This document shows, piece after piece, positions 62,574 through 64,000 of a DNA stretch of 64,000 nt. A model generated the notes under the pieces. The model was not told the DNA's origin. It saw only the letters and a program-made list of their open reading frames with translations, and did no database searches. A program made the translations under genes and the position numbers. This DNA is from Anaeramoeba ignava BMAN. Its lineage: Eukaryota; Protista; Anaeramoebae. The stretch covers positions 62,001 to 126,000 of the forward strand of contig JAPDFW010000033.1 in assembly GCA_028826165.1 (NCBI GenBank). Reading direction: 5' to 3'. Every line of letters starts with the position of its first letter. Position 1 is the first letter of the stretch.

Positions 62574-63427
62574 AGTAAAAAAATTTAAATAAAAAAAAAT
62601 TAAAATAAAAAATTTCAAAATTAAATTCCAAAACAAAAATAACGAATTAAATAGTGTCAATTTATCGAATTACAATTTCAGAACCTTTTGGTTATCCTTT
62701 AATTGATCGAATTTATGAATGGCAAGGAGAACATAAAGCAACTGCAATTTCCAAAACTGCTTTAATTTTTCATCAATTTGCCAAAGAAATTGGTGATGGA
62801 AGTTTGTTTCTTTTTATTTAAAATTAAAATTAAAATTAAAATTAAAATTAAAATTAAAATTAAAATTAAAATTAAAATTAAAATTTAAATTAAAATTAAA
62901 ATTAAAATTTAAATTAGAATTAAAATTAAAATTAAAATTAAAATTAAAATTAAAATTAAAATTTAAATTAAAATTAAAATTAAAATTAAAATTAAAATTA
63001 AAATTAAAATTAAAATTAAAATTAAAATTAAAATTAAAATTAAAATTAAAATTAAAATTAAAATTCAAAATTAAAATTAAAATTAAAAATTAAAATTAAA
63101 ATTAAAATTAAAATTGAAATTAAAATTAAAATTAAAATTAAAATCAAAATTAAAATTAAATTTAAAATTAAAAATTATTCAGATATAAATCGAATTGTTT
63201 TTGAAGAACATGATTCTAATAATTTACAAGAAAATTTACCAACAGTTTCACCAACTCGTTCTAATCATCCTTTTCAATATAGAAGATGTATTACACCAAA
63301 TGTTTATCGAAATGTTCCACAAAAGAAAAAATTATCAATGGTTACTAATTCAAATAGTGATATTATTGTTATAATTTTCCACAGTGAAAAAACTGTTTCA
63401 AATGTAGATTTCTTTGGAAAATTTTGA
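62574..63427 (+). CDS. Small longin-like protein; start codon split by intron 1; 3' end uncertain
   Basis: A(62574)|gt...ag|TG(62655) gives MSIYRITISEPFGYPLIDRIYEW...FHQFAKEIGDGN|INRIVFEE. Intron 2 is 62802-63182. Ends either at TGA 63427 or by splicing at GT 63404 to an exon beyond the window. Confidence 0.6.
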
Positions 63428-63434
63428 ATGAATT

Positions 63435-64000
63435 TAAAATCAAAATTAAAATTCAAAATTAAAATTAAAATTTAAAAATTAAAATTAAAATTAAAATTAA
63501 AATTAAAATTAAAATCAAAATTCAAAATTAAAATTTAAATTAAAATTTAAATTAAAATTAAAATTAAAATTAAAATTAAAATTAAAATTAAAATTAAAAT
63601 TAAAATTAAAATTAAAATTAAAATTTAAATTAAAATTAAAATTGAAATTAAAATTAAAATTAAAATTAAAATTAAAATTAAAATTAAAATTAAAATTAAA
63701 ATCAAAATTAAAATTAAAATTAAATTAATATTAAAATTGAATTTAAAATTAAAATCAAAATTAAAATTAAAATTAAAATTAAAATTAAAATTAAAATTAA
63801 AATCAAAATTAAAATTAAAATTAAAATCAAAATTAAAATTAAAATTAAAATTAAAATTAAAATTAAAATTAAAATTAAAATTAAAATTAAAATCAAATTT
63901 AAAATTAAAATTAAAATTAAAATTAAAATTAAAATTAAAATTAAAATTAAAATTAAAATTAAAATTAAAATTAAAATTAAAATTAAAATCAAAACCAAAA
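63435..64000. repeat. (AAATTA)n microsatellite (also at 62820-63175 inside intron 2)
   Basis: Direct reading. Confidence 0.95.

Noticed and set aside
1-64000. Alternative genetic code, tRNA/rRNA genes, inteins
   Set aside because: TAA, TAG and TGA all act as stops at expected protein ends. No structured-RNA or intein motif was recognised by eye.

Overview
Very AT-rich eukaryotic (protist) genomic DNA with short GT-AG introns, the standard genetic code, tightly packed genes and many micro- and minisatellites. NQ/EN-repeat proteins, BTB-BACK-TLDc paralogues and SCAB-like PH domains suggest an anaerobic metamonad such as Anaeramoeba; this is inference, not demonstrated. About 16 genes can be reconstructed by hand: a partial membrane protein, an ankyrin-repeat protein, GAF/fRMsr, a coiled-coil protein, a small TM protein, an IQGAP-type RasGAP, a PH-like/NQ protein, an NQO-type flavodoxin-fold reductase, an M3/MIP peptidase, a ~3,470-aa CH + multi-PH-like scaffold, TRRAP/Tra1, a tomosyn/Lgl-like WD40 protein, a WH2-Cdc123-like ATP-grasp protein, three BTB proteins and a longin-like gene. 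Several genes carry single-base frameshifts, mostly in homopolymers, which look like long-read consensus errors. The standout is the ankyrin gene (755-2922, minus strand). Each internal 33-aa repeat is built from one 96-nt exon plus a separate 3-nt AG|NNN|GT single-codon microexon encoding a beta-hairpin-tip residue. All six junctions have one, and one junction has two candidate microexons (Lys and Asn), suggesting codon-level alternative splicing of a binding surface.
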